NCBI GenBank assembly: GCA_028717805.1
Contig: JAQUNC010000004.1
Location: 5,549-69,548 of the forward strand
From: Atribacterota bacterium
Lineage (GTDB): Bacteria; Atribacterota; Phoenicimicrobiia; Phoenicimicrobiales; Stramentimicrobiaceae
Reading direction: 5' to 3'
DNA: 64,000 bases
How positions within the stretch are numbered: position 1 is the first letter of the stretch; each line of letters opens with the position of its first letter. The position numbers and the translations under genes were made by a program. The notes beneath the pieces were generated by a model. The model saw only the letters and a list, made by a program, of their open reading frames with translations, did no database searches and was not told the DNA's origin. Shown in pieces: positions 37,906 to 49,054 of this stretch.

Positions 37906-38391
37906 TTATAGCAATCCCATATCTTCTGATAAGGCTTCTAAGTCTTCTTCGTGTTCAACTTCATCTTCTAAAATACTCAAAATCATCTGGTAAGTAATAG
38001 GATCCTTTTCTTTGACCATTTTTGCTAACTTCTGGTAAACATCAATTGCACACTGCTCACCTTTAATGTTTTGTTTAAGCAGTATTCTTACATTTGGGTC
38101 ACTCGGTTTCTCATAACCACAATTGGTGACTTTATACCATTCTTCTGGACTTAGAATTGGTGTACCTCCCAGTTGCAGTATGCGCTCAACCAACATCCCG
38201 GCATGTTCTAGTTCTTCTGAAGCGTGTTCCTCTAATTCTGCTACTACCGCACCCCTCATTGGTCCTTTGGCAACTTTTGCTCCAATCCAGTATTGATAAT
38301 AAGCTAACCACTCATCTGCCAGTGCTTTATTTAGTTCTTTCACTATTTCATTGATATCCATTCCTACAATTTCTCTTCCTTTTGTTCCCAT
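37906..38391 (-). CDS. Ferritin-like di-iron protein (bacterioferritin/Dps-like, DPSL-type)
   Basis: 161 aa. Four-helix-bundle ligand pattern ...ADEWLAYYQY..., EEHASEELEHA and EDEVEHEEDL. Two Cys residues (TNCGY, EQCAI), as in Dps-like thioferritins. Confidence 0.7.
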   Translation of the reverse strand: MGTKGREIVGMDINEIVKELNKALADEWLAYYQYWIGAKVAKGPMRGAVVAELEEHASEELEHAGMLVERILQLGGTPILSPEEWYKVTNCGYEKPSDPNVRILLKQNIKGEQCAIDVYQKLAKMVKEKDPITYQMILSILEDEVEHEEDLEALSEDMGLL

Positions 38392-38499
38392 ATTTGGAAA
38401 CCTCCTTTGTTTAATTTATCTTAAGTTTATTTAAATAGCTATATAATATAATATTTATGAATTTTCTTTAAACAAGATATCTACTAATCCCATATAGAA

Positions 38500-38940
38500 C
38501 TATTTCTTTACTGTTCTTTTTTGAATACAGTCGGAACATATGCCTTCCAGGATAATTTCCTGCCTAAAAACTTTAAATCTTTTGGTAACATCTTCTGGGA
38601 CCTTAATATTATCATATTCCGTACAATCAAAATCGATAATTCTTTTACATTTACAGCAACGAAAATGGTAATGATTTTTTAAATCAGCATCAAAACGGCG
38701 TGGACCATAACCGCTTTCCACCATCCTAATCAGCCCTTTTTCTGATAAACAAAGAAGTGTTCGATTAACAGTATCGAAAGATATGTTGGGAAACTCCTTT
38801 TTTACCTTTTGATATACCATTTCAGCAGAAGGATGATCTCTTGATTCTGCCAGGCAACGAAAAATACCAATACGTTGGGGGGTAATTCTAAAACCATTTT
38901 GTTCTAATTTTTCTTTACAAAAAGATACTGTTTGTTCCAC
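38500..38940 (-). CDS. Fur-family metalloregulator (PerR-like by context)
   Basis: 146 aa. wHTH RITPQRIGIF..L....HPSAEMVY, an HYHFRCCKC motif and a C-terminal CSDC. It sits upstream of the ferritin-like and dfx genes. Confidence 0.75.
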   Translation of the reverse strand: MEQTVSFCKEKLEQNGFRITPQRIGIFRCLAESRDHPSAEMVYQKVKKEFPNISFDTVNRTLLCLSEKGLIRMVESGYGPRRFDADLKNHYHFRCCKCKRIIDFDCTEYDNIKVPEDVTKRFKVFRQEIILEGICSDCIQKRTVKK

Positions 38941-39180
38941 CTTTGCAACCGCCTTCCTTCTATGTTATTACTACATTTTAATCCTTATCGTTGCTATGAT
39001 CACTGTTTATTATTATCTTAAAAAGTTGTTAATATACAAAAACAAAATATAATTCTAAGTATTACTATATAGTATTAGTTCCTATTTGTCAATAATAATT
39101 TGAAAATACTTGAATTTTTTTTATAAGGTAGTATGCTATAAAAGAATGTTTCTAAATTATCTGAGATTAAAATTCTTATT

Positions 39181-40371
39181 ATGGTAGTAAATAAAAAAAT
39201 CCAATATCTAAAAATTAATGCCTTTGGACATGCCTATAATGATGCCTATCATTATATTATCCCTTTATTATTACCTTTCTTCCGATTGGAATTTTCCTTT
39301 ACTTACTTTCAATCAGGTCTTGTTTTAACCTTTTACGAGGCACTACGCTCTATTTTCTCCTTGATATCTGGTTTATTCGCTGATCGTTTTGGTCATAAAC
39401 ATCTAATTATTGCCCTAGGGTTTATTATGTCTTCAGTATTACTGGGAAGTGTAATCTGGATTAGCAAAATTCCCTTAATTATCTCTGTTCTACTACTGAT
39501 GGCAATTGCGGTTGCTACCTTTCATCCTCTGGCTACTGCTATGGTGGGGGAAAAAGCCAAACCTGGTAAACAAGGCCGGGATTTGAGTCTCTTTTCTGCT
39601 GCAGGGACACTGGGTCTTATTATAATAAGTCTATTATTCGGATGGCTGGTACAGATCTGGGGGTGGAGAACAACCTGTTTTATTATTGCCCTCCCGGGAA
39701 TATTACTGGGATGGTATTACATTAAAATCAAAGAAGAAAAACAGGAAGTAAAAACAGTAATTAATAAAACTAATCATCATAACCTATTTACAATTTTCTT
39801 TTTAAGTAGAGGTATACTATGCTTAGGCACCAAGGCATTCTCATCTTTTTTACCTGTCTATGCCACTACCTATATCGGATTAAAGCCAGGTGTTTCTGCC
39901 TGGATTCTCAGTATCTATTTTTTGGGAGTTTTTGCCGGAAGCATTTTTATTTGTCAGGTAATTGACCAGAAAAAACCACTGCAATTTGCTATTTCTTCTA
40001 CTGCCTCCATGACTATTTTAATCCTTTTATTCACCTTTTCCAGTATGCCATTATTAGCAGCAATCTTAGTAGGCGTAATTGGTTTGATGGAGGGTATTTA
40101 CTTCCCTTCTCAGAATACCTGGTTGACAATGGTTAGTTCAAATTATAATAGGGGTAGTCTTTTTGGCTTTGGTTTTTTTATTGAAGGATTGTCAGCTACT
40201 ATCTCACCTACCATCTTTGGCTGGTTTGCTGATAAATTTGGATTGGTATATGCTTATAGACTAACAGTTATACCAATTTTCATCAGCTTTTTTCTCTATA
40301 TATTACTATTTCAAAAAGCAGAAAATCTTCAAAAACAGAGCGGAAAGTTTCACCGTTTCAGTAAAAATTGA
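39181..40371 (+). CDS. MFS transporter
   Basis: 396 aa, ~12 TM segments, and an LFADRFGHK loop motif. Confidence 0.75.
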   Translation: MVVNKKIQYLKINAFGHAYNDAYHYIIPLLLPFFRLEFSFTYFQSGLVLTFYEALRSIFSLISGLFADRFGHKHLIIALGFIMSSVLLGSVIWISKIPLIISVLLLMAIAVATFHPLATAMVGEKAKPGKQGRDLSLFSAAGTLGLIIISLLFGWLVQIWGWRTTCFIIALPGILLGWYYIKIKEEKQEVKTVINKTNHHNLFTIFFLSRGILCLGTKAFSSFLPVYATTYIGLKPGVSAWILSIYFLGVFAGSIFICQVIDQKKPLQFAISSTASMTILILLFTFSSMPLLAAILVGVIGLMEGIYFPSQNTWLTMVSSNYNRGSLFGFGFFIEGLSATISPTIFGWFADKFGLVYAYRLTVIPIFISFFLYILLFQKAENLQKQSGKFHRFSKN

Positions 40372-40609
40372 CAATTCTGCCTAAAATTGTATCTAAATAA
40401 TACCTAAAAATAATAAAATATAATATAATATAGTTATTGATTTGGTAAGGCTCTATGGATTTGCTTTTAAATTAATCAGAATTAAAAGATATAGATTGTA
40501 ATAAAAGTAAAAATATCTGAAAATATCCCTGCAATTTACTGTTGATAATATTTTTAGAAATTAGCAAATCTTTGATTAATAAATCTTTAATCAGGAGATA
40601 GGGGTAAAA

Positions 40610-41872
40610 ATGAAAAGATTTATGGAAACACCTTCTATTTATTTGATTAAACTGCTTATTTTTCTATTGATAATTTATTGTCCAGAAGTAGCTTGGTCTG
40701 AAAACCAAACAACTGAAAATAAATATTTTCAGGGAGTCCACCTTTTAGAGGTTGAAAAAAATTATGATGAGGCATTGAACATTTTTCGATCAATATTGGA
40801 GAGTAATCCCAATCATTCGGAAGCTCATTTTCAGATTGGTAATATCTATCGCCTGACCGGTCAGCCGGAAAAAGCAAAAATATATTATCAAAACGCCATT
40901 AACTTGAAACCAAATTATCTCTCAGCATACTATTATCATGGCATTGTTGAACTGGATTTAGAAGAATATACTAGCGCTCTGGAAACTTTCAAGGAAACAA
41001 TTCGACTGGATCCGGAATTTGCCGATGCGCATTATAGTCTTGGTTTAACCTTTTTAAAGTTAGAACAGTTAGTTCAGGCCATTGATTCCTTTCAACAGTC
41101 GTTAAGGCTTAAACCCAATGATTTCCTATCATATTATGGATTAGGAATAAGTTATAAACAATTAGGTGAAACCGAAAAAGCTATAGAGATGTTAAACCAG
41201 GCATTGAATTTAAAACCAGATTATGGAGAAGCTTATTACGAGTTAGGAATGATTTATCGCTCTTTAGAACAAGACCAGGATGCTATTAATGCTTTAGAAA
41301 GAGCTGCTCATTATCTACCCGAACAGGCTGACCAGATTTATTTCCAGATTGCTATGATTCAGAAAGGAATTGAAAATTTTAACCAAGCCATTGAAACCCT
41401 GGAAAAAGCTATTCAGTATAATGAAGGATTTACTGATGCCTATTACTATCTGGGCTGGTTTTACAACTGGAATAGACAATTTGATAAAACTATAGCAGCT
41501 TATGAAAAGGTCATTTCCTTAGACTCCGACTATCCAAATGTTTATTACAATTTAGGTTGGGCTTACAGTGAAAGGGAAGAGTACCTAAAAGCAGTTGAAA
41601 CATTCCAAAAGGCAATAGAAAAGAATCTGGTTGATACTGATTCTTACTATGCCCTAGGTTGGGTATATGGTAAATTAGAAAATTACAAAGAGGCAAAAAA
41701 AGCCTTTCAGGAAACAATCCGTCTTCAACCAGATTATGTCTATGCTCATTATGGACTGGGTATAGCTTATCTGGCTCTGGGGGAAAGAAGTATGGCCTTG
41801 GAAGAATATAAGATATTAAAGAATCTGGAACAGGATATTGCCGATTTGCTATTTGCTCAAATCTATCCATAG
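40610..41872 (+). CDS. Tetratricopeptide-repeat protein with N-terminal signal/anchor
   Basis: 420 aa. Contains at least 10 tandem 34-aa TPR units (A..Y..G..Y...G....A...Y..AL.L.P). Confidence 0.8.
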   Translation: MKRFMETPSIYLIKLLIFLLIIYCPEVAWSENQTTENKYFQGVHLLEVEKNYDEALNIFRSILESNPNHSEAHFQIGNIYRLTGQPEKAKIYYQNAINLKPNYLSAYYYHGIVELDLEEYTSALETFKETIRLDPEFADAHYSLGLTFLKLEQLVQAIDSFQQSLRLKPNDFLSYYGLGISYKQLGETEKAIEMLNQALNLKPDYGEAYYELGMIYRSLEQDQDAINALERAAHYLPEQADQIYFQIAMIQKGIENFNQAIETLEKAIQYNEGFTDAYYYLGWFYNWNRQFDKTIAAYEKVISLDSDYPNVYYNLGWAYSEREEYLKAVETFQKAIEKNLVDTDSYYALGWVYGKLENYKEAKKAFQETIRLQPDYVYAHYGLGIAYLALGERSMALEEYKILKNLEQDIADLLFAQIYP

Positions 41873-42051
41873 CTTTACCAGGTATTCAAGGGGGAGTCTT
41901 TCACTTGAGGATACCTAAAATCAGATAATGATACTCTATTGGAAAATTGTACTGAGTATATATTGTTCCTTATCCAAAAGAGCATTTAATGGGATTGAAA
42001 TTTTTTAAATTCCGATCTTATATAGCTAAAAATACTTAGGGGAGAAAGACG

Positions 42052-43122
42052 ATGTTTAACAATTTCTTTCAACAGGTTTATTTTCAAAACCGCATAATTG
42101 ATTATATTATAGCCTTAGTGATATTTGTAATAGCTATATTGACTATTGTAATTCTTAAAAATTTTGTAATTAAAATATTAAGGGCTCTAGCAAGTAAAAA
42201 GACTGCTACTATTGATGATCGCTTTGTTGAAGCCTTTCGGAATAGAATCAAACCATTTATTAATCTACTCTATTTTGCCGCCTTTTACTTTAGTGTTTAT
42301 CAGTTAAATATACCTATTATTGTAGAAAAATATTTTAATATAATTATTATTGCATTATTTATATTTTATATTGTTAAATTTATCATATCTATCTTTTCTT
42401 ATTTTTTAGAAAACTATTGGATTAAAAAAGAAAGAGACTCTACCAGAATAACTGCTCTTAGAGGGATAGAAACATTTCTTAAAATCATAATCTGGTCCAT
42501 AGCTTTCATCATTTTACTGGATAACTTGGGAGTACAGGTATCCGCACTTCTGGCAGGTCTTGGTATTGGTGGTATCGCTATTGCCCTTGCATCTCAAAAT
42601 ATTTTAGGTGATTTATTCAGTTATTTTATTATCTTCTTTGATCGACCCTTTGAGATTGGTGATTTTTTAAACATTGATAATTTTTCAGGAACAATTGAAA
42701 ATATCGGTATAAAAACTACCCGGATTAGAAGTCTCGGGGGAGAAGAAATTGTTTTTTCCAATACTGATCTGGTTAATTCACGTTTACGTAATTTTAAACG
42801 TATGAAAAAACGAAGAGTATTGTTTAATTTTGGAGTTACCTATCAAACCTCTTCAGAACAATTAAAAGAAATACCAAATATAGTAAGCGAAATATTCCAG
42901 CGGATAAACGGAGCCAACTTAGATAGAGTACACTTTTCTTCCTTTGGAGACTTTAGTCTTAATTTTGAAGTAGTTTATTATGTAAATAGCCGAGATTATA
43001 CTCAGTATATGAATATCCAACAAGAAATTAATTTAACGCTAAAAGAGGAATTAGAAAAAAGATCTATAGAGTTTGCTTATCCTACTCGAACTGTTTTTTT
43101 ATCCAGAGAAGGCAATAAATAA
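42052..43122 (+). CDS. Small-conductance mechanosensitive channel (MscS family)
   Basis: ALASQNILGDLFSYFIIFFDRPFEIGDFL...GTIENIGIKTTRIRSLGGEEIVFSN. Confidence 0.85.
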   Translation: MFNNFFQQVYFQNRIIDYIIALVIFVIAILTIVILKNFVIKILRALASKKTATIDDRFVEAFRNRIKPFINLLYFAAFYFSVYQLNIPIIVEKYFNIIIIALFIFYIVKFIISIFSYFLENYWIKKERDSTRITALRGIETFLKIIIWSIAFIILLDNLGVQVSALLAGLGIGGIAIALASQNILGDLFSYFIIFFDRPFEIGDFLNIDNFSGTIENIGIKTTRIRSLGGEEIVFSNTDLVNSRLRNFKRMKKRRVLFNFGVTYQTSSEQLKEIPNIVSEIFQRINGANLDRVHFSSFGDFSLNFEVVYYVNSRDYTQYMNIQQEINLTLKEELEKRSIEFAYPTRTVFLSREGNK

Positions 43123-43180
43123 TATATATGTAACATTTTCTTATTTTAAATATTAATTGTAAAAAGAAAGGATTGATATT

Positions 43181-43459
43181 GTGCAGATTTTTCTGTTAAT
43201 TGCTGCTTTGATTGCGGTTTTAGCAGTCATTTTTGCTTTACAAAATGCTGTTCCCATTACGGTAAGTTTTCTCTTTTGGCAGGTAGAAAGTTCTCTGGCT
43301 CTTATTTTAATAGTAGCTTTTATCGCTGGATTAATAACCAGTTTTTTATTTAACATTCTATCTGACATCAAAAGAACTAGAGCTACTGCTTCCCTGGAAA
43401 AACAGGTTGAAGAAACAAAAAAAGAGGTAATTACTGTTCAGGAAAAGGGGGACGAATAG
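43181..43459 (+). CDS. LapA-domain (DUF1049) small membrane protein
   Basis: 92 aa with two TM segments. The N-terminus reads ...LAVIFALQNAVPITVSFLFWQVESSLALILIVAF. Confidence 0.6.
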   Translation: MQIFLLIAALIAVLAVIFALQNAVPITVSFLFWQVESSLALILIVAFIAGLITSFLFNILSDIKRTRATASLEKQVEETKKEVITVQEKGDE

Positions 43460-43501
43460 TAGAGTTCCTTACTAAAAATCCTTATATTTAGGAAGTATTA
43501 A

Positions 43502-44566
43502 TTGATGAAATCTCTTAAGAAAAGAAGCCAATTATCAGGGTTAAGCCCCGGTACACTGGTACATATCGGTGAAAAATTAATGGAAAAACCAAAAATTACC
43601 ATTATAAATTACTCTCCTGATAAACTGGAAGAAAAAACACTGGAGACTATTGAAGAGTGTATTATTTATCTGAAAAGGCCTACCATTACCTGGATTAATA
43701 TTGATGGTATTCATCAAGTAGATTTTATTGAACAAATTGGACAGTATTTCCATATACATCCTTTAACCCTGGAAAGTATTTTAAATACCACCCAGAGACC
43801 CAAAATTGAATATTTCCCTAATTATATTTACATTGCTTTGAAGATGATTTACTGGGATGAAACAAAGCAGGAATCTATAATAGAACATATTAGCCTTATT
43901 CTAATGAATAATACGGTACTTTCTTTCCAGGAAAAAGAAGGCGATGTTTTCAATTCTGTTCGCCAGAGAATTAGAAATATGGCTGGTAAAATAAGACAGA
44001 GTGGCTCTGATTATCTTGTCTATGCCTTAATTGATGCTATAGTGGATCAATATTTTTTAATTCTAGAGAAATTAAGCAACCAAACAGAATCATTAGAGGA
44101 TGTCCTTATACATCTACCTTCTACCCAGAATCTTAAAATCATCCATCAAAGTAAAAGAAATTTAATCTTCTTGAGGAATGCAGTCTGGCCTTTAAGAGAA
44201 GTAATCAACAAATTGGAAAAAGAAGAGACTAATTTGATTCAGGAAAACACCAGAATATTTTTACGAGATGTTTATGACCATACTATACAAGTAATTGAAA
44301 CGGTAGAGGCTCTAAGAGATATGGTCTCCAGTTTATTGGATATCTATCTATCCAGTATAAGCAATAAAATGAATGAGGTTATAAAGGTACTGACCATTAT
44401 TGCTACCATTTTTATCCCCTTAACATTTATTGCCGGTATTTATGGTATGAACTTTCAATATATGCCCGAACTATCCTGGAGATGGGCTTACCCTGCTATC
44501 CTTTTTGTTATGTTTATCGTCGGATTGGGAATGTTTTTCTTCTTTAAAAAGAAGAAATGGCTATAA
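43502..44566 (+). CDS. corA: Magnesium/cobalt transporter CorA
   Basis: 354 aa with the C-terminal YGMNFQYMPEL (GMN motif) and two TM segments. The start is TTG 43502 or ATG 43505. Confidence 0.9.
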   Translation: MMKSLKKRSQLSGLSPGTLVHIGEKLMEKPKITIINYSPDKLEEKTLETIEECIIYLKRPTITWINIDGIHQVDFIEQIGQYFHIHPLTLESILNTTQRPKIEYFPNYIYIALKMIYWDETKQESIIEHISLILMNNTVLSFQEKEGDVFNSVRQRIRNMAGKIRQSGSDYLVYALIDAIVDQYFLILEKLSNQTESLEDVLIHLPSTQNLKIIHQSKRNLIFLRNAVWPLREVINKLEKEETNLIQENTRIFLRDVYDHTIQVIETVEALRDMVSSLLDIYLSSISNKMNEVIKVLTIIATIFIPLTFIAGIYGMNFQYMPELSWRWAYPAILFVMFIVGLGMFFFFKKKKWL

Positions 44567-44595
44567 AACAAGTAGCATCTCTATCATTGATTCAT

Positions 44596-45267
44596 TCAGT
44601 TTTTTTTCTCAGTAGCTTTAAATTTAGTAATTAGTTTGTCAATTTTCTTGTTTTCTCCCACTAATATCAGATTTTCATTTTCTGATACTGTATGTTTGGC
44701 AGTAGGTGAAAAAGTAAATTGATTACCACGACGGATAGCTAAAAGAGTTACTCCATATTTCCCTGGTAAATCTAACTCTCCTAAGGTTTTCTCACAAAAA
44801 ACAGGCAGAGCAGCAATTTCAATAAGACTATAAAGAGGGGATAATTCCATCTGATTTTTAACATTAGGCATGATTAGACTTCTGGCAATTCGCATTCCTT
44901 CATCTCTTTCTGGATAGATTACCCGGTCTGAGCCTACTTTCTCTAATACCCTTCCATGTAGTTCGCTATTGGCTTTAGTAATAACATATTTCACACCGAT
45001 CTCTTTTAGCATAATGGTTATTAAGATACTTGATTCCAAGTCTGGTCCTACACTAACAATAGCGGCATCGAAACTCTTTACCCCCAATTCCTTCAATACT
45101 TTTTCATCGGTAATATCAACTTTTACCACCTTAGTTAATATATCCTTATATTGATCTACCTTTTCTTCATCATTATCCACAGCCAGCACTTCATGTCCCA
45201 GCTCTACCAGTGTAGTAGCTACTGCTGATCCAAAACTACCCAATCCAAATACCACAAATTGTTTCAT
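44596..45267 (-). CDS. ktrA: K+ uptake system NAD-binding subunit (KtrA/TrkA-type, RCK domain)
   Basis: 223 aa with VFGLGSFGSAVA..L...GHEVLAVD followed by an RCK_C domain. Confidence 0.85.
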   Translation of the reverse strand: MKQFVVFGLGSFGSAVATTLVELGHEVLAVDNDEEKVDQYKDILTKVVKVDITDEKVLKELGVKSFDAAIVSVGPDLESSILITIMLKEIGVKYVITKANSELHGRVLEKVGSDRVIYPERDEGMRIARSLIMPNVKNQMELSPLYSLIEIAALPVFCEKTLGELDLPGKYGVTLLAIRRGNQFTFSPTAKHTVSENENLILVGENKKIDKLITKFKATEKKN

Positions 45268-45306
45268 ATTTATTTCCCCTTTTTAAATGTAAATTATAAT
45301 TCAATT

Positions 45307-46653
45307 TTATCCTACCATTACCTGCTCTTTAGGATATTGAATAGACTCTGCTCGGCGATTAATTATCAAGGATAAGGCTAAAGTAAGTGGCCCTAATCTG
45401 CCAATAAACATAGTAAAAATAATTAGTATTTTGCTTATTGTGGAAAGATAGGTTGTTATCCCTGTAGAAAGACCTACTGTCCCAAAAGCAGAAATTACTT
45501 CAAACAATATTCTTATAAAATCAAAATCTTCAAAATAGGAAAGCAATAAAGTTATTATTATTATCCAGCTCATAGCAAGCATTAATATAACCCAGGCTTT
45601 ATTTACTACTAATTCTGAAATTTGTCTCTGATATAAATAAAGATGTCTGCGTCCTTTTAAGGTATAATACATCCACAAAAAAGCCACACAAAAGGTAGTA
45701 GTTTTGATTCCTCCACCGGTTGAAGTCGGCGATGCTCCTATAAACATAAGCATAATAATTAGCAATAATCCTGCATTAGTCATACTTCCAATAGGAATAG
45801 TATTAAAGCCAGCCGTTCTGGCAGTAGTAGATTGAAAAGCCATACTTAATATCTTATCAGTAAGCGAGTAATTATGAATAGTTTTCACATTTTGATTTTC
45901 CAGAAAAAATAAGCCCATGGTTCCCAAAACAAGTAAAATAGTAGTCATAATCAGCACCAGTTTGCTGTGTAATGATAACCTTTGTTGTTTGGGAAACTCT
46001 ATAAGTTCAGCCAGTACCAGAAAGCCAATCCCACCTAATACTATCAGAATAATAAAAATGACGTTAATTCCCCAATGTGAAATATATTTCTCTAAACTGT
46101 CACTAAATAAGGAAAACCCGGCATTACAAAAAGCAGATACGGCATGGAAAAAAGAAAGGAAAAAGGAAGAGTGATTGCTATTTATATTTTTCCAGTATGA
46201 ATACAATAAGATTGTGCCAATTCCTTCCAGAAAGAATGAAAACAACAGAATATGTTTAGCAAGACGTACTAATCCGCCTATAGAGAATTGGTTGAGCGAT
46301 TCTCGAATAATGAGGCGTTGTCGTAAAGATATCTTTTTACCCAGTAAAAAGGCAAACATGGTAGAAAAGGTCATAATACCCAAACCACCGATTTGAAAAA
46401 GAATCAATATAATCCATTGTCCAAAAAGGGTAAAATCCTTTCCTGTATCCAGTACGATTAATCCCGTTACACAAGTTGCTGAAGTAGCTGTAAACAGGGC
46501 ATCGATAAAGGGTATTGGCTCCTCTCCTTTGGTGGAAATGGGAAGATAAAGTAAATAAGTGCCTATTATTATAACAATCAAAAAGCCCAGAACTAACATC
46601 TGGTTAGGCGTTAAAAAAGACCTTTTCTTCAATACAGAGTGCTTTGAATTCAC
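45307..46653 (-). CDS. ktrB: K+ transporter membrane subunit (KtrB/TrkH family)
   Basis: 448 aa with repeated M-P-M pore units (TGLIV, AGFS, AGFN, VGLSTG). Confidence 0.85.
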   Translation of the reverse strand: MNSKHSVLKKRSFLTPNQMLVLGFLIVIIIGTYLLYLPISTKGEEPIPFIDALFTATSATCVTGLIVLDTGKDFTLFGQWIILILFQIGGLGIMTFSTMFAFLLGKKISLRQRLIIRESLNQFSIGGLVRLAKHILLFSFFLEGIGTILLYSYWKNINSNHSSFFLSFFHAVSAFCNAGFSLFSDSLEKYISHWGINVIFIILIVLGGIGFLVLAELIEFPKQQRLSLHSKLVLIMTTILLVLGTMGLFFLENQNVKTIHNYSLTDKILSMAFQSTTARTAGFNTIPIGSMTNAGLLLIIMLMFIGASPTSTGGGIKTTTFCVAFLWMYYTLKGRRHLYLYQRQISELVVNKAWVILMLAMSWIIIITLLLSYFEDFDFIRILFEVISAFGTVGLSTGITTYLSTISKILIIFTMFIGRLGPLTLALSLIINRRAESIQYPKEQVMVG

Positions 46654-46873
46654 TATTTCCTCAATACTGCCAAAATCTTATGTTAAATTATAACACAATT
46701 ATTTCCTTATAAAAAATAATAGGCTCACCTATCTAATCTTTATGGTAAATCAATTTTATTTAACTATTATCTCTTTCTAAGAAGGTGATTTTCATGGATG
46801 AATAAATCTTTTTGTAGCTAATCCCTTTTATAGGTTTATGATATGATATAGATGATATATTACCTTAAGAACT

Positions 46874-48784
46874 TTAATATACCAAACGTGTTATCGTAGC
46901 TAATACGAGTGCAATTAGAAAGGTAAAGATAATTGTAAATAAGGTTCTTTTGCTGCCAATCTCTTTAACTAAAACAGCGATAGTTGCCACACAAGGTACA
47001 TAAAAGAGAACAAAGATAGTAAAAGTCATGATTTGGGTTGCACTCATTACTGTACTAATATTGGTAACTCCCAGAGCTTGAATTAACATAACCATAGATA
47101 ATTCTTTTCTGAGTACACCAAAGATTAAGGTTACCCCTACTGCTACCGGTAGTCCCAACAATAAAGTAACTGGTGATATTAGTTGATTTATAAGTGCTTC
47201 CAGGTGCCAGTGTTTTAACAGACTTAAAACAACACTACCAACAATTAAGAGAGGCCAGGCAATTACTATAAACTCTTTCATTCTTAACCATACTTTGGAT
47301 AATAATATCTTTATTGAAGGTACATGGTAAGCAGGTATTTCTAGTATCATTCCAGGGGTAATTTCCGGCATAATATTAGAAAGAATTTTCCCAGCTATGG
47401 CAACAATCACAATATTAAAGACAAAGACAAAAATTGCAGCTTTCGGTCCAAGATAAAAGGCAACTAAACCAAAAATTATAGTGATCCGAGCTGCACAGGG
47501 AACCATAGTAGTTAGTATAGAAGTAATAAAACGATCTCGTTCTGATTCTAAAATTCTAGTAGCCATCACGGCTGGTACTGTACATCCATAGCCTAATATA
47601 AGAGGTATGATTGCCTTTCCATGGAGACCAATCCGATGAAGAAAGGAATCCATCAGATAGGCAACTCTGGGCAAATACCCGGTATCTTCTAGAAATGCCA
47701 GTCCCAATAAAAATGGAAAAAGGAAAGGGAGAACAATAGCAATACCTCCAGCCAGTCCTTGTATAACTCCATTAACAATATGGTATGGTAAAGTATCAGC
47801 GCCCAAAACTTGTTCAGCATAAGGCAAGAATTGATAAAAGAAATCCAGCAGGGGTTCTTCAAATAAGGCTCCTACATAGAAAACAAAATTAAAAAATAAA
47901 TACAAGATAACTGTTAAAGAAACATAACCAAAAATAGGATGCATTAAAACACTATCCAGGTAATTTCTGAACTCTTTTTTCGGTTTAGAAAGTTTAACCA
48001 CTGATTCATAAAGCTGCATGGATAGGTGGTGACGCTCAGAAGAAATTATCTCATCAGAGCTTCTATCACGGCATTTTTCTAACTTAAGTTGATAATCTTG
48101 CACAATTTTAATAAAATCTTTATCACTCGCCTTAATTTCATCAATAAAATGCTGATCATTTTCCAATAATTTTGTTGCCAAAAATCTATTGGTAACATTG
48201 AATTTTTTAGCATAATCAACTTTTTTTATATGTTCAGACAAATCTTTGATAACCTGTTCTACATCTTTACTAAAAGGCTGGAATTCACTTTTTACTGGTT
48301 TTTGCCCCATTTTATATGCAGTTTCAAATAATCCATTAAGACCCCATCCTTTGTAGGCTATAGCAGTCACTACTGGAACACCCAATAGGCGTGATAATTT
48401 ATCAGTATCAATAATAACTCCTTTCGCTTCGGCTTCATCAATCATATTAAGACAAATTACTGTTGGCAAATTCAGTTCCAATAATTGCAATGTCAATTCT
48501 AAACCTCTACCCAATAGTGAAGCATCAATAACATTTATAATTACATCGTTTTCTTCTCTCAATAAATATTTCCGTGCTTCCAGTTCAGCCAAATCAAAAG
48601 AGGTTAGAGAATAAGTACCAGGCAAATCAACTATTTCACTGGTTATTCCCTGAAAAGTCATTTTGCTAAGGGTATAGGTTACTGTTTTTCCTGGAAAATT
48701 AGAAGTAATTGCTTTATATCCAGCTACATTATTAAAAATAGTACTCTTACCACAATTAGGCTGTCCTACCAGGACAATTTTCAT
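46874..48784 (-). CDS. feoB: Ferrous iron transporter FeoB
   Basis: N-terminal G-domain MKIVLVGQPNCGKSTIFN...DLPGTYSL followed by a polytopic C-terminal region. Confidence 0.9.
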   Translation of the reverse strand: MKIVLVGQPNCGKSTIFNNVAGYKAITSNFPGKTVTYTLSKMTFQGITSEIVDLPGTYSLTSFDLAELEARKYLLREENDVIINVIDASLLGRGLELTLQLLELNLPTVICLNMIDEAEAKGVIIDTDKLSRLLGVPVVTAIAYKGWGLNGLFETAYKMGQKPVKSEFQPFSKDVEQVIKDLSEHIKKVDYAKKFNVTNRFLATKLLENDQHFIDEIKASDKDFIKIVQDYQLKLEKCRDRSSDEIISSERHHLSMQLYESVVKLSKPKKEFRNYLDSVLMHPIFGYVSLTVILYLFFNFVFYVGALFEEPLLDFFYQFLPYAEQVLGADTLPYHIVNGVIQGLAGGIAIVLPFLFPFLLGLAFLEDTGYLPRVAYLMDSFLHRIGLHGKAIIPLILGYGCTVPAVMATRILESERDRFITSILTTMVPCAARITIIFGLVAFYLGPKAAIFVFVFNIVIVAIAGKILSNIMPEITPGMILEIPAYHVPSIKILLSKVWLRMKEFIVIAWPLLIVGSVVLSLLKHWHLEALINQLISPVTLLLGLPVAVGVTLIFGVLRKELSMVMLIQALGVTNISTVMSATQIMTFTIFVLFYVPCVATIAVLVKEIGSKRTLFTIIFTFLIALVLATITRLVY

Positions 48785-49014
48785 GATTCTACCTCCACTA
48801 ATATTTTTGCTGCAATTCCTCTACCTAAAGCAACCTGATTTCCATGTATATTCACCAAAACAGGTCCTCTCATAAAGCCGCATTTTTGTAATAACATTAC
48901 ATCTTCGGGATGAATCCCTAAACAGCTTAATCTCTGTCTGATGCCTAAACCACCCCTGATTCTTACAACTTTAACCTTGGAACCTGATTTAACATCTGTT
49001 AAATTTACTATCAT
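48781..49014 (-). CDS. feoA: FeoA
   Basis: 77-aa SH3-like pattern (L.DVKSGSKVKVVRI.G....RQRL..LGI). ATGA overlap with feoB. Confidence 0.85.
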   Translation of the reverse strand: MIVNLTDVKSGSKVKVVRIRGGLGIRQRLSCLGIHPEDVMLLQKCGFMRGPVLVNIHGNQVALGRGIAAKILVEVES

Positions 49015-49054
49015 AATTATTTGGACTCCTGACTATTTTTCTTATTCCTTTATC

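Noticed and set aside
38445-38455. AATAT-A-ATATT palindrome upstream of the ferritin-like gene, considered as a PerR box
   Set aside because: It is a short, AT-only palindrome in an AT-rich promoter. It does not match the 7-1-7 TTATAAT-n-ATTATAA pattern well enough.
39063-39074. TACTATATAGTA palindrome in the divergent region between the Fur-family regulator and MFS genes
   Set aside because: It is a 12-nt AT-rich palindrome with no second copy or known consensus, which is insufficient support.
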